A DNA stretch of 64,000 nucleotides from a virus. Positions 49,350-59,379 of the stretch are shown here, piece after piece. The translations under genes were made by a program, and so were the position numbers. Position 1 is the first letter of the stretch. Each line of letters starts with the position of its first letter. The notes under the pieces were generated by a model, which did no database searches, was not told the DNA's origin, and saw only the letters and a program-made list of their open reading frames with translations. Location: IMG/VR virus record IMGVR_UViG_3300033155_000498, positions 1 through 64,000 of that record, one strand, 5' to 3'.

Positions 49350-49994
49350 TTATCTTCCTTTCCAACCCTTAAGGGCGGCAAATGTTAGTAATTGAACATG
49401 CTCATCGTTTGGCATTGTAAACGTTTCCGTTATACTGTCAAACTTAAATTCTTTAGATTTATCGGTTAGGTCATCGCCTGTGATTGCCCAAACATTATGA
49501 TTGGTCCAGCGTGTAATACGACCGATGCCTAATCTTTTACCTGGCATAACACCAATAACCCAATCACCTTTTTGAAGTTCCTGCATGTACTTGTTAACAG
49601 GATTCGTAACTTCTACTTTCTCGTGCGTTTCAGTATTGCGAATGTATTCAGTTTGGTGCTGGCCAACAAGTGCTTTTGTATACGAAGCGTTAATACGACC
49701 TTTTTGTTTGCGTCCATCCACTTTATATATAAAAGTGCCACCATATGTTATGATCTGGTTTGCTTTATGGTACTTAGTTTCATCATCGTACGTGTCAACT
49801 TCTATATCTACTACTCTAGCAATAGTGCCTTTAGTTGCAGTAGACGTGATTTCAATAAAAGTATCTTCTGGAACGACAATGTCGCCAACTTTAATAAGTG
49901 TATCCACGAAGCCTTTTTTGCCCTGCCAATCTGTAGTCTCTCTTGTTCTAGCTTCAACACCAGAACAACTTTTTAAAATAGTACTTAATGACAT
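49350..49994 (-). CDS. hypothetical protein
   Basis: Start MSLST via TAATG overlap. Confidence 0.6.
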   Translation of the reverse strand: MSLSTILKSCSGVEARTRETTDWQGKKGFVDTLIKVGDIVVPEDTFIEITSTATKGTIARVVDIEVDTYDDETKYHKANQIITYGGTFIYKVDGRKQKGRINASYTKALVGQHQTEYIRNTETHEKVEVTNPVNKYMQELQKGDWVIGVMPGKRLGIGRITRWTNHNVWAITGDDLTDKSKEFKFDSITETFTMPNDEHVQLLTFAALKGWKGR

Positions 49995-50236
49995 TATGTT
50001 TTCCTTGTTAATCCTAATACTGTTTGGTATTTGTCCCACGCATCTTTAAGAGTAGGGTTTCTATCGCGGAGACGAAGTTCTTCAAGTTCTAGATGTATTG
50101 CATCTTTTTCAGCATCCGCTACCTTCTTCCTTAATTTAAGAATTGTTTGGCCAATATCATTAAGGGCGCCGCCTGTGATAGTATACGTCTTTTCGTCGTA
50201 TACTCTTTTTGGATCAAAAGTGGAGTCCTTAGGCAT
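49994..50236 (-). CDS. PAL-AW-YQ motif family protein (distal paralog)
   Basis: LRDRNPTLKDAWDKYQTVLGL. Confidence 0.7.
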   Translation of the reverse strand: MPKDSTFDPKRVYDEKTYTITGGALNDIGQTILKLRKKVADAEKDAIHLELEELRLRDRNPTLKDAWDKYQTVLGLTRKT

Positions 50237-50664
50237 TAGTCTTTAACCGCCTTCAAGAAAGCGTATGCCTTGTGATACTTCGTAATACGATCGTGATCCT
50301 TAGGACGGAGACCCTTAAGACGATGTGCATCACTGTTATGACGTAAGTCAGCCATCTTAATTGCACGGGCAATTGGACTAACTGAAATCCGCATAATGTA
50401 ATCATCGTAACTTTCACCCTTTCGATGTGTAAGTAGAACAATTATATTAACCGTATGCGGATTAAAGCCTGTTTCGATTAGCTTCTCTGCTGTCCAGGTT
50501 GTGTCTTCAATTAGGTCGTGTAGCACCGCGGCAATCATTGCTTCAACGCCAAGATGCCTTACCTTATACATCACATGTAAGCAATGCATAATATATGGAG
50601 TGCCACCCTTATCAAACACATTTGTGAATGCTGTGGCTGCGATTGCGATTGCTTTATCTAACAT
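50236..50664 (-). CDS. HD-domain small alarmone hydrolase-like protein
   Basis: PYIMHCLHV, AAVLHDLIEDT, IKMADLRHN. Confidence 0.85.
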   Translation of the reverse strand: MLDKAIAIAATAFTNVFDKGGTPYIMHCLHVMYKVRHLGVEAMIAAVLHDLIEDTTWTAEKLIETGFNPHTVNIIVLLTHRKGESYDDYIMRISVSPIARAIKMADLRHNSDAHRLKGLRPKDHDRITKYHKAYAFLKAVKD

Positions 50665-52199
50665 TTTCTGTTTCCTTAATTTTGTTCACTGTCATTATCT
50701 TAATAGCTTCCCTAACTTCATCAATATCTAAATTGAATGCTGTCGCTAGGGTTGCGGCATAGGTATGAAAACTAATACTTTCCATTGGTTTCTCTTTACC
50801 CATTGACGTATTTCTTTGAATCTCTTGAGCTGCTGCTTCAGCAATACGTTCAGCTGCAAATGTAAAATTCACATACGTGTCTGCACCAATTATTAACTTA
50901 TTCGATGTCATGGATCATTTTCCTCATCTGTTTTCTGCTGCGCTTTGTTTTAATACGGTCATCGTCCGTTTGCATCATGCTTAATACTTTGCGGCACAAC
51001 TCGTAATTTGATTTAACACGTGGATCACTTATAAGATCTACGTTCGGATCTTTCCTGTCAGGATCATCATAGCATCCATAATACCCATTTACAAGTGGCA
51101 GGTACCAATGTATTAACTCTCGTATTCCAGCGCGCCAATCTGGATGAATGCTTTCTGGGTTGTCTGCTGCCTTGCCCATCGCACAATAATCCCAGCTTAA
51201 TGGATACATGGAGGTAAATGACATTCTACAATTTGTGTGGTGAATGTCCTGGCACAGATAATCAATATGCTTCTCTGTAAAGTCACGCACAACACCTTCG
51301 TACTCCAGTCGGATCTTTTCGCTCTCTTCCATTACGTCAGAACATTTAGCAAAATTGTATGGCTCGGGCGGATCAATGTGTTCTGGCATTACTTCGTCTG
51401 CTTCCCACGGGTTAACAAGTTTACCATCTACCCATGTGCAAGCGTTACCATTAACTGCAAACAGGTGATGTAGACATTCTAAACGCGAAGGGAAAATGCT
51501 TGGATGGGCAAGCATCATACGCTTAACCTCTAGATCCAAACTGTTTAGTTCTTCACTTTGCATTACTTGATCCTTGCTTAAGGTTTTTCAGTACCAAGTT
51601 CTTTGGAATGTCGCGGAGTTCTTTTCCTACAAATATTGATATTATATAAAAGAACGCTAGTACATAATGACCAAACCAAATAAACACACATGTCACGCAT
51701 AAATCATACATTAAGTCGATTGGAAATGGTATCACTGATTTTGGCATTTCCCTAGCCAACTTTTCCTTTATCTTACCTTTATCTTCATTAGCTTCAGCAC
51801 CATCAACCATTAAAGCGACCATAAACAAAAGACTAATTACTGCCGTAACCCAACCCATAAACAAGGCAATGTTCTTTGCGCCTTCTATAGGCTCTTCAAC
51901 TATAAAGCCATAATACAGAGCGGCTGCAAAGATGCTATTAATTACAATATATCTTAGACCGCGATATACTGGATGATTTGATATAGTTTTCCACATTATA
52001 CGAATACTCCTAACTTGTCTGCCCAAAAATAAACTTGGAACAGAGCTGATGGATACCAAATTAAAAAGTGGCCCGGAGAGCAGATGCCCGGAATGAGATA
52101 CGGTAAGGTCATGTCGTTACCAAGTATCAAACCCATGAACTTGATCGTTGCTGTAATAACCATTACGGCTGTAAAAATAAATAGTATTTCAATTATCAT
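50654..52199 (-). other. four hypothetical genes (50654-50911, 50898-51563, 51553-51996 membrane, 51996-52199 membrane)
   Basis: ORF track; coupled overlaps; hydrophobic segments. Confidence 0.55.
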
Positions 52200-52657
52200 G
52201 CTGCTTGCTCCATATCTGTTGTGTCATTATACACATATTCTTGGATTAAATCATCCACTGTTTTACCAATTTGCATCGCATATCGGGCAACAATAAAACC
52301 GTTCTTTATTAAGTTCGCTTTCTTTTTAGCTGCATCACGTGCCGGCTTCTCAAGAAGGTTTTGCAGTAATTCATCGTAGTGTTCGAAAAACTCTTCTAGC
52401 GACAGATCTGCTTTTAATGTATTGCACCTGCTACATGCACAAACACCATTTTCCATTGTAACTTTACCGCCCTGGCAATCCGGTACAACATGATCGAATG
52501 TTGCCATTAAAGGCCTGTGCGCTATATAGAATCCTTTTGATACTTCGCTACGTAAAAACATGTCTGGTGTTCCGCAGTATCCACATAGACCATTTTGGCG
52601 TTGATACAGGCGGATTACCCTTTCTTGTGTGTAACCCGCTATCCATTCCTTTCTCAT
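52196..52657 (-). CDS. HNH endonuclease
   Basis: CGYCG...TFDHVVP...GG...N...CSRCNTLK. Confidence 0.85.
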   Translation of the reverse strand: MRKEWIAGYTQERVIRLYQRQNGLCGYCGTPDMFLRSEVSKGFYIAHRPLMATFDHVVPDCQGGKVTMENGVCACSRCNTLKADLSLEEFFEHYDELLQNLLEKPARDAAKKKANLIKNGFIVARYAMQIGKTVDDLIQEYVYNDTTDMEQAA

Positions 52658-54776
52658 TATATCGATTCTCCGGCTGCGTCTTCATGCATACCTTCAATTT
52701 CGTTTCGTAAGCGTTCAATCTCTTTTGCTGCTTCGTTGCTCAGATTTTTTTCAATAATTTGAACGGTGAGCGGATCAGTATCGGCAGCGTCTTTTATGCA
52801 GTGCAAAAGATATTCGCGTGATTCCAATTGTGCCCGGAGGCGCTCAATTTCTTTTGCTGCTTCTTCGCAATAAGAAGGGTGCCAATGGTCGCCACAGATG
52901 TTGGTTTTACCGTCGGCAATATCCCTAAGAATTTCTGTAATGTCAGGATTGTATATTTTCTGTTTCATTTGCATCTTCCTGGGCCATCTCCGTTGTCAGC
53001 TGTATTAGATCTTCGTCTGTTACACCTTCAAACATAGTCGGTGAAAACTTTTTGTAGTACACAATAGCCGAACCAATTGTATGATTAAGAAGTTTGCTTG
53101 CTACACGTTGTTTGACATACTTCTTAATTTTATTAATCCGTTTTGTTTTTGCTGCCTTACGTGCTGCATGTAGTTTTGGCAGACGGAATATATAATAACA
53201 CGACATCCATCCTGCGCCAAATCCAAACAGTGCGCCAATTATAAGTGGTGTGTGATCCATTATATCGTATCCTTCTTGCCATTAATGATAACGAAACGGT
53301 GCGCGCCTTCTGCGCTCGATGAGTTATCGTAATAATAATTTACTGTGCCTGTGTTGGTTGCCACACCTTCAATTAACACGTCAGCACCAAGCACAATGTC
53401 TTCATGATAACGAGTATAAACATATTTGTACACGAACGTCATCTTGCCCCAGTACACTTTCTCGCCTATCTTCTCTTCAATGTCACGCATTGCATTAGCA
53501 ATCGTCCTGCGACGCTGTGGCATGAACTTATGTAATTCTTCTATACCATCTTCCCACTTACTATATGTTTTGCCTGGACCTGCCCTAACGGCTTTTACAG
53601 GTTGGAATGATGCCCGCGGTAGATTCAGTGCGCGTTGTATCCTAAGATACTTTGCTTGGTTTGTTTTGCCATCGGCATATACTCTAACAGTAGGATCAGT
53701 AATACCTTTAAGTGTATCCCATGTATCTTGCTGTTCTGCTACTAGGCTCATTTCACTTCCTCTGCGCTAACCAGGACACGTTCCTGCTCGCCCGGTTTAA
53801 GTGTATCGTTAAAATAGTCAATTACCATCTGAGCATATTCTCTAGCGGGTAAACCTTTTGGCGCGCCAGCTATGCAACCACAACTGGTATCAAACTCTTC
53901 TTCCCAGGTGTCTTTCCACGTTTTATCATTTTGTAAACGTTTGAAAGTTATGTATGCATCACAGAACTGTACTGTCATTTTAACTAGCATTTGATAACCT
54001 CTTAAATACTTTCTGGTAATTTAATCCTTCATCAAATCCTTCAAACCAAGCCTTGGATTCTGCTGCATCACGCTCCACGGTAGCTGGGTAACGAATTCGG
54101 TCTGTACAACGATATGGTCCACCCGGACGATAATTCTCGTTCCAGGTCTTACCAGTCATGTATCCGTCTTTGAAAGAGTTACGTTTGTCCATTATTCGTT
54201 CCAGTGAAAACCTTTAAAATATGAAACCTGGATTTCAGCAGTTGAGCTTCCAGGATAGTAACCAGACTGTACGTTAAAACCTTCGCGTACTAAAAAGCGT
54301 TCTGTGGTTTGACGTTCCTCTGGTGTTTTCAAACTAATGTAAACCATGCTACGTCTACCATATGTTTCATCTGAGACGTTGCTATGCTTCAATCCTTTAG
54401 CTGACCACAATGTGGTTTTGAAATGTGTGTCAAGTGCTGCAAACAATTTTTTCTTGGATTTCATTTAGCTGCTCCAGTAGTTTTCGGAAGCTGGTGAAGT
54501 GCTAAAATTTGCATTTACACTTTCTTCGAAATCTTCGCCTGTCATTGCATTTTTACGTGTAACTGTTTTTTCAATGTTAGCGTGGAAGTCACTGGACTCA
54601 GCAACTGCAAAGTCTGCTTTAACTAAGTTGTCACCCAACTTACCTTTATTGTCCTGGCGTGTCAATGCTGCTTTAGCTGCGCCTTCGCTTTTAAATGATT
54701 CTTTATAACAACCTACTGAACGAGCTGGTATGCTCAAAATCTGTGTAGTTGCTTTGTTGTATATTACATGTGACAT
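52657..54776 (-). other. seven small early hypothetical genes (52657-52974, 52943-53260, 53260-53751, 53748-53990, 53980-54192, 54192-54464, 54465-54776)
   Basis: Tightly coupled ORFs downstream of the early promoter at 54816-54843. Confidence 0.6.
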
Positions 54777-54815
54777 AGTTGAATTCCTGTTTAGTTTTAT
54801 ATTTTGTATACTGTA

Positions 54816-54850
54816 AGTATAGCAGATATGCTCAAAAGGTCTACCTTTTG
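54816..54850 (-). promoter_or_regulatory. early promoter with a palindrome over -35
   Basis: TAGACC-16bp-TATACT; CAAAAGGT-CT-ACCTTTTG. Confidence 0.7.
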
Positions 54851-54871
54851 GTAAAATTCGTTATCTAATAA

Positions 54872-54944
54872 AATCAATGACTTACAAAATAGTTGTACGT
54901 GTTGTAAAATCAATGACTTAGCACCTATATGAATCAATGACTTA
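54872..54944. repeat. three direct repeats AATCAATGACTTA (IHF consensus)
   Basis: Copies at 54872, 54908 and 54932. Confidence 0.8.
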
Positions 54945-54987
54945 GCTTAACTAGTGTTTACGCGGGTCTTAGACATAAATATTATTA

Positions 54988-55770
54988 ATGAATAGAGAAA
55001 TAGCACAATACATCAGAGCCTCTATTAGAGACAACTCAATGAATATAAAGTACCAGCCACAGTTTTGTACTGAGGGTGACTATTTTAAGATTACTGGAGT
55101 CGAGGCGTTGCTTCGGCCTGACACATCTGTATGTCATATTGACAAACTAATCAGGGTTGCTGTTGATACCGACCAGATGATCGATTTAGGTTACTGGGTA
55201 ATGAGGCGGGCGTGTCATCAGCTTAGATCATGGGTAGATGAGAATCTAGTTACTAGCACATTTTCAATGTCGGTTAACGTATCAGCAGAACAACTGCAAG
55301 ATAAACATTTCTGCACCAGAGTACTAGAAGTAATTCAAGACACAGAAATTAAAGCGCACCAGCTCACACTTGAGCTTACTGAAACATCAATGATTAACGA
55401 TTTGAACATCGCAAAGATATACCAGCTATCAACTAACGGTGTTAATATATCAATTGATGACTTTGGTACTGGATATAGTTCATTGGGCCGACTAAAATTA
55501 CTGCCAATTCACGAAATTAAAATAGACAAGACATTTGTAGATGACGTCACAAAGACGGAGCAGGATATCGCTCTGATCACAGCGATGTATCAACTAACTA
55601 AGGCGTTAAATAAATTTACTATTGTTGAAGGTGTAGAGAATACATGTCAGTATAATATTCTACGTGATATTGGATTTACTTGTTTTCAGGGTTATTATTT
55701 TTGTAAAGCAGAAACTGCTGAAGAGATTGAAGAAACTATTACCCTAATAAATTCTTTACACTGCCAATAG
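54988..55770 (+). CDS. stand-alone EAL c-di-GMP phosphodiesterase
   Basis: YQP, EALLR, SVNVS, ELTE, DDFGTGYSS, KID, EGVE, QGY. Confidence 0.92.
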   Translation: MNREIAQYIRASIRDNSMNIKYQPQFCTEGDYFKITGVEALLRPDTSVCHIDKLIRVAVDTDQMIDLGYWVMRRACHQLRSWVDENLVTSTFSMSVNVSAEQLQDKHFCTRVLEVIQDTEIKAHQLTLELTETSMINDLNIAKIYQLSTNGVNISIDDFGTGYSSLGRLKLLPIHEIKIDKTFVDDVTKTEQDIALITAMYQLTKALNKFTIVEGVENTCQYNILRDIGFTCFQGYYFCKAETAEEIEETITLINSLHCQ

Positions 55771-56278
55771 TATCCAACGTTAAATTATCAAGGTCCCGTG
55801 TCCAGCTTGCCAACTCGTGTGTGTAATCAACTAATACAAATTGTGTTGTATCATTGGCTTTAATTAACTCGCGTATATTGAAATAATATTCTTCTTGTGA
55901 TGGATTTGTTTCTGTAATAGGACTAAAATTAAATCCTGTCATTAGCACAATATCAGATTGCGGTACTGCAAGGTTCAAGGCGACAATATCGTCTTTGTTA
56001 CCAACTGAACTATTTTTGAATTGCCCGTTGAATAGTTTGACCCCAGATGGGTTGCCAACTACGGAATAACTTTCTTGCATGATATATAAAGTACAAACGG
56101 CATGGAAAGCACGTTGGATTAAATTCTTAGCTTCGTTGGTGTCGGAACAAACACAATTGTCTGGGCGAAATTCTTTCCACGTTTTCCAACTGCCCCAAGA
56201 TACTGCTGTATTCTTAATGTCTTTTGGATCTATTAAACCTGATGGGATATCTTCACTAATTATCCAGCATACTTTCAT
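55739..56278 (-). CDS. hypothetical protein
   Basis: ORF track; coupled. Confidence 0.55.
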   Translation of the reverse strand: MKVCWIISEDIPSGLIDPKDIKNTAVSWGSWKTWKEFRPDNCVCSDTNEAKNLIQRAFHAVCTLYIMQESYSVVGNPSGVKLFNGQFKNSSVGNKDDIVALNLAVPQSDIVLMTGFNFSPITETNPSQEEYYFNIRELIKANDTTQFVLVDYTHELASWTRDLDNLTLDTIGSVKNLLG

Positions 56279-57816
56279 ATTGTAGCCTTAAGTGCTATCC
56301 AGCTATAGTCATGCAAACAATACCATGCAAAGATTGGATTGTCTTCTGTTAATGTTGTATTCAGTACTAAATCACCTGACGCACCTGCATATCCAGGCAC
56401 ACTGTTACCATGCTTAATTGTGTGATTACCTAGTTTAAGTTTTCGAATTGTTACTACGCCATCAGTGTCAATAGATATATCATCACGACGTTTAACACCA
56501 ATTGCTAAGTCCTGTGATCTATTAGTACCAATGAATGCAGTTTGTTCTTTAAGTTTGCCTATAATAATTTCAATTTCGTCGTCCCAAACAGCTAATGCTG
56601 AGTTCGGTGTTTTAGTATTAATGCCAACTCTCTTATCTACCGAGTGTATTGCATCTACAGTAGATGTTCCGATTACCTTTAATCCTTTTAATGTACCAAC
56701 TGTGTTTAACGTTGAATTGGTTATTTGGCTGCCTAGTGTGTTACCTGATAATGCTGGTTTTCCATTAATAGATATCTGTGTAAAGTCTAAATCATTAGAT
56801 TGTGATATTACTGCGTCAATCATATCTTGCTTAACTGCAATTATAACTTCATCTACTACTGCAATTTTAATATTCGACGATAACTCATCCCATGCACCTG
56901 TTGTAATATCTATTGATCCATTAACTAGTAGGTCACCACTAATGGTTGCATTCTTAACGGCTAGTTGTTCATATACACTGACATTTGTTGCTGCTATTGT
57001 GTTTTCAACAACAACGGTATCTTCCATTATTGTCATTTCGCGTTTAGTCGCATTACAGTGGAGGCCCATGCCATCAAATTGTTCTGCAAATTGTTCTGCG
57101 ATCTTGTCAGTTATAATTTTTTCAATATCGCTTTCTGCGCTGAGTTGACGTATGAATGATGAAATTGCTTGTGTCTTAAGAGATCCTAACATCTTTGGAT
57201 CATTTTTAATAAGCAATCCGATTTGAGTTGCTGCTCCATCAGCGACGTTTTTTGCAACTGTAGAATTAATAATAGCAGGATCAAATAACCCGGTATCTTC
57301 AGTAACTAAGAGTTTAGCTATTTCTGCTGCTACTTCTCCAGTCATGCTTTGTTTAACTAGTGTGTCAAGATTAAAGTTACGCACTAGAAGAGATACGGCC
57401 TGACTTTGAAGATTCAGTAGTAACTCTTTGTCGTTCTTAAAGAGACCTGCAACTTGCTTGCTGACCGCATCGCTAACATTACCAGTAAGAGATTCTATCA
57501 TTGTTGGATCATTTTTAATAATCGATCCAAGTTGTGTTGCTGTTGCATCACCTATTGCAGAATTAATAATAGCAGGATCAAGTAAATCGGTATTTTTAGT
57601 TACTATAAGTTTAGCCACTTCTGCTGCTACCAGACCGGATATGTTTTGTTTAACTATTGTGTCAAGGTTAAAGTTACGTACCAGAAGAGATACGGCTTGG
57701 CTTCTAAGATTTTCTATTAATTTTGTGTCAGTTTTAAAAAGATTAGCAACTTGCTCTGTTACTGCCTCATTGACTTTAGCTGTTATTGCGGCATTAATTT
57801 CATCTTGGTTAATCAT
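56275..57816 (-). CDS. probable structural/fibre protein with an internal 99-aa duplication
   Basis: SQAVSLLVRNFNLD occurs twice; STLNTVGTL and VGINTKTP fibre motifs. Confidence 0.6.
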   Translation of the reverse strand: MINQDEINAAITAKVNEAVTEQVANLFKTDTKLIENLRSQAVSLLVRNFNLDTIVKQNISGLVAAEVAKLIVTKNTDLLDPAIINSAIGDATATQLGSIIKNDPTMIESLTGNVSDAVSKQVAGLFKNDKELLLNLQSQAVSLLVRNFNLDTLVKQSMTGEVAAEIAKLLVTEDTGLFDPAIINSTVAKNVADGAATQIGLLIKNDPKMLGSLKTQAISSFIRQLSAESDIEKIITDKIAEQFAEQFDGMGLHCNATKREMTIMEDTVVVENTIAATNVSVYEQLAVKNATISGDLLVNGSIDITTGAWDELSSNIKIAVVDEVIIAVKQDMIDAVISQSNDLDFTQISINGKPALSGNTLGSQITNSTLNTVGTLKGLKVIGTSTVDAIHSVDKRVGINTKTPNSALAVWDDEIEIIIGKLKEQTAFIGTNRSQDLAIGVKRRDDISIDTDGVVTIRKLKLGNHTIKHGNSVPGYAGASGDLVLNTTLTEDNPIFAWYCLHDYSWIALKATI

Positions 57817-57854
57817 AGTATCTCCGGGTTAGACTCAGTGTATTTACCACTGCA

Positions 57855-58847
57855 TCAAGTCGCCCGTAGCAAATCAAGAGTTGCACAATGAAACCCACCG
57901 CCCAATGTACGTGCGTGACGCAACTCAAGTGGTATCACATCAAACCCGTGCTTCTTTAATTCAGCATGTATCAGCGGCTGATTAGCATCACAGATTACTG
58001 TCTTGTTGCCTACAGATAACATGTTAATAGCTATCCATTTACTTGCATATGGATAGCCTGTAAACGATTGCGGATTAATCATATCCTCTGTAATATATAT
58101 TTTATTGTAGTCTTGTAAGAATTCTGGTAAATTGTCATCAGTAACGCGATTGGCATTTAACAATATATCGTTTTCACCAATGGGTATAATAGTGCTGTCT
58201 ATGTGCGCTGCATCATAAACATCTGTTGTATGTACCGTGAACATATCACCTAGTACAGTTTGCAGCCATTCGGCTCCACGCTCGTTGGCGGAGTCACTAA
58301 CAAGATACAATATATCAAATCCGAACCTTGCTATGTTTGCAGCATCAAAGATAGGTTCCATATTTGTTAAACTAAAACTGCCAGTGGGCAATACGTTTTC
58401 GCTATATATTAAATCTGGGTGTGGGGCCGCTATCCACTCAACACCTGTGCGTATAGCCCAACGCTTTACTTCTCTATAACATTGTACTTCATGCTGCCTA
58501 GCTCGTACTGACATTGGTGCTTCGATTACCCTGTCGCCAATAACTAGTAAATTGTCGCGTGGGCAATATGCGTACTGCCCATCAGTAAATTGAAAATTAA
58601 TTGGCTCGGGCCTATATACAGTAATACCAAGATCATCAAACGTTTCGCACAGGGTATCCAAGTCACGATTGGTTTCGTCTATTATTTGTTGTGCGACTGG
58701 TCCGGCAGGCGGAGGTGTTTCGGCCCAGCCTGCATCGGCCATTTGTAATTGAAATAGTTTATCTGCGGTTGGAAAATTAGCGTGTGTTGCTGTTCCTACA
58801 AGGACAGTCTTGAGTGGATCGTATTCGTTAAAACTAGAAATTATCAT
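57855..58847 (-). CDS. amidinotransferase (glycine/inosamine-phosphate amidinotransferase family)
   Basis: NEYDPL, CPRD, EAPM, FDAA, HIDST, GGGFHC. Confidence 0.9.
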   Translation of the reverse strand: MIISSFNEYDPLKTVLVGTATHANFPTADKLFQLQMADAGWAETPPPAGPVAQQIIDETNRDLDTLCETFDDLGITVYRPEPINFQFTDGQYAYCPRDNLLVIGDRVIEAPMSVRARQHEVQCYREVKRWAIRTGVEWIAAPHPDLIYSENVLPTGSFSLTNMEPIFDAANIARFGFDILYLVSDSANERGAEWLQTVLGDMFTVHTTDVYDAAHIDSTIIPIGENDILLNANRVTDDNLPEFLQDYNKIYITEDMINPQSFTGYPYASKWIAINMLSVGNKTVICDANQPLIHAELKKHGFDVIPLELRHARTLGGGFHCATLDLLRAT

Positions 58848-59379
58848 CTATCATAAACCCTGTTAACTGTAATGTGTATCTATCTTCTAAGCCTAAGTTT
58901 GCTGCCATGTGTGGCACGTCATGTCTGAATCGCACAAAGTCGCCCGCCTTCCATTGCGGGAATTGTTTGTCTGCAACTGTTAATACATGACCAGGCGCCC
59001 AGTCTTCAAGCATTATAACCGCACGATAAATTGGGCTATGGTAATCAGCATGAAGTTCCTTAAAGCGTCTAAATGTGTCTACGTGTTCGGGTAGGATTGT
59101 TCCTGTGGACATCTTGTAGAATGACCAACTTAACTGATACCACGGAAATTCTTTTAAATATGGGTCCATATTAAGCCATGCAGGCCACGGGTGTTGCATG
59201 TCATACATTTCACCTGTGTAGTGTGTATGTGTGTGACCTTGGGCTTGCCATTTATCTATGTCATCCTGATTATTAAATGGTTCACGTCTATATGAAAGCA
59301 ATCGATGACCGTAATTAGTCCACGGTAGATCTATATGCCCAAACTCATAATAGAAATCAGTCACTGCGGGTATCACCAT
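58834..59379 (-). CDS. 2OG-Fe(II) hydroxylase (AspH/LpxO-like); start uncertain (59379 or 59364)
   Basis: LPEHVD...WKAGD...PHMAAN...RYTLQ. Confidence 0.7.
   Translation of the reverse strand: MVIPAVTDFYYEFGHIDLPWTNYGHRLLSYRREPFNNQDDIDKWQAQGHTHTHYTGEMYDMQHPWPAWLNMDPYLKEFPWYQLSWSFYKMSTGTILPEHVDTFRRFKELHADYHSPIYRAVIMLEDWAPGHVLTVADKQFPQWKAGDFVRFRHDVPHMAANLGLEDRYTLQLTGFMIDDNF

Noticed and set aside
52196-52657. HNH gene as a mobile homing endonuclease
   Set aside because: It is a short HNH embedded in a coupled early operon, with no intron or disrupted host gene
52657-52974. Duplicated EAAKEIERLR motif
   Set aside because: A common short coiled-coil motif of small phage proteins, with no further structure supporting a system
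45343-54944. AATCAATGACTTA repeats as a CRISPR array or att sites
   Set aside because: Spacing is irregular, the repeats are short, and there are no cas or integrase genes. They match the IHF consensus instead.
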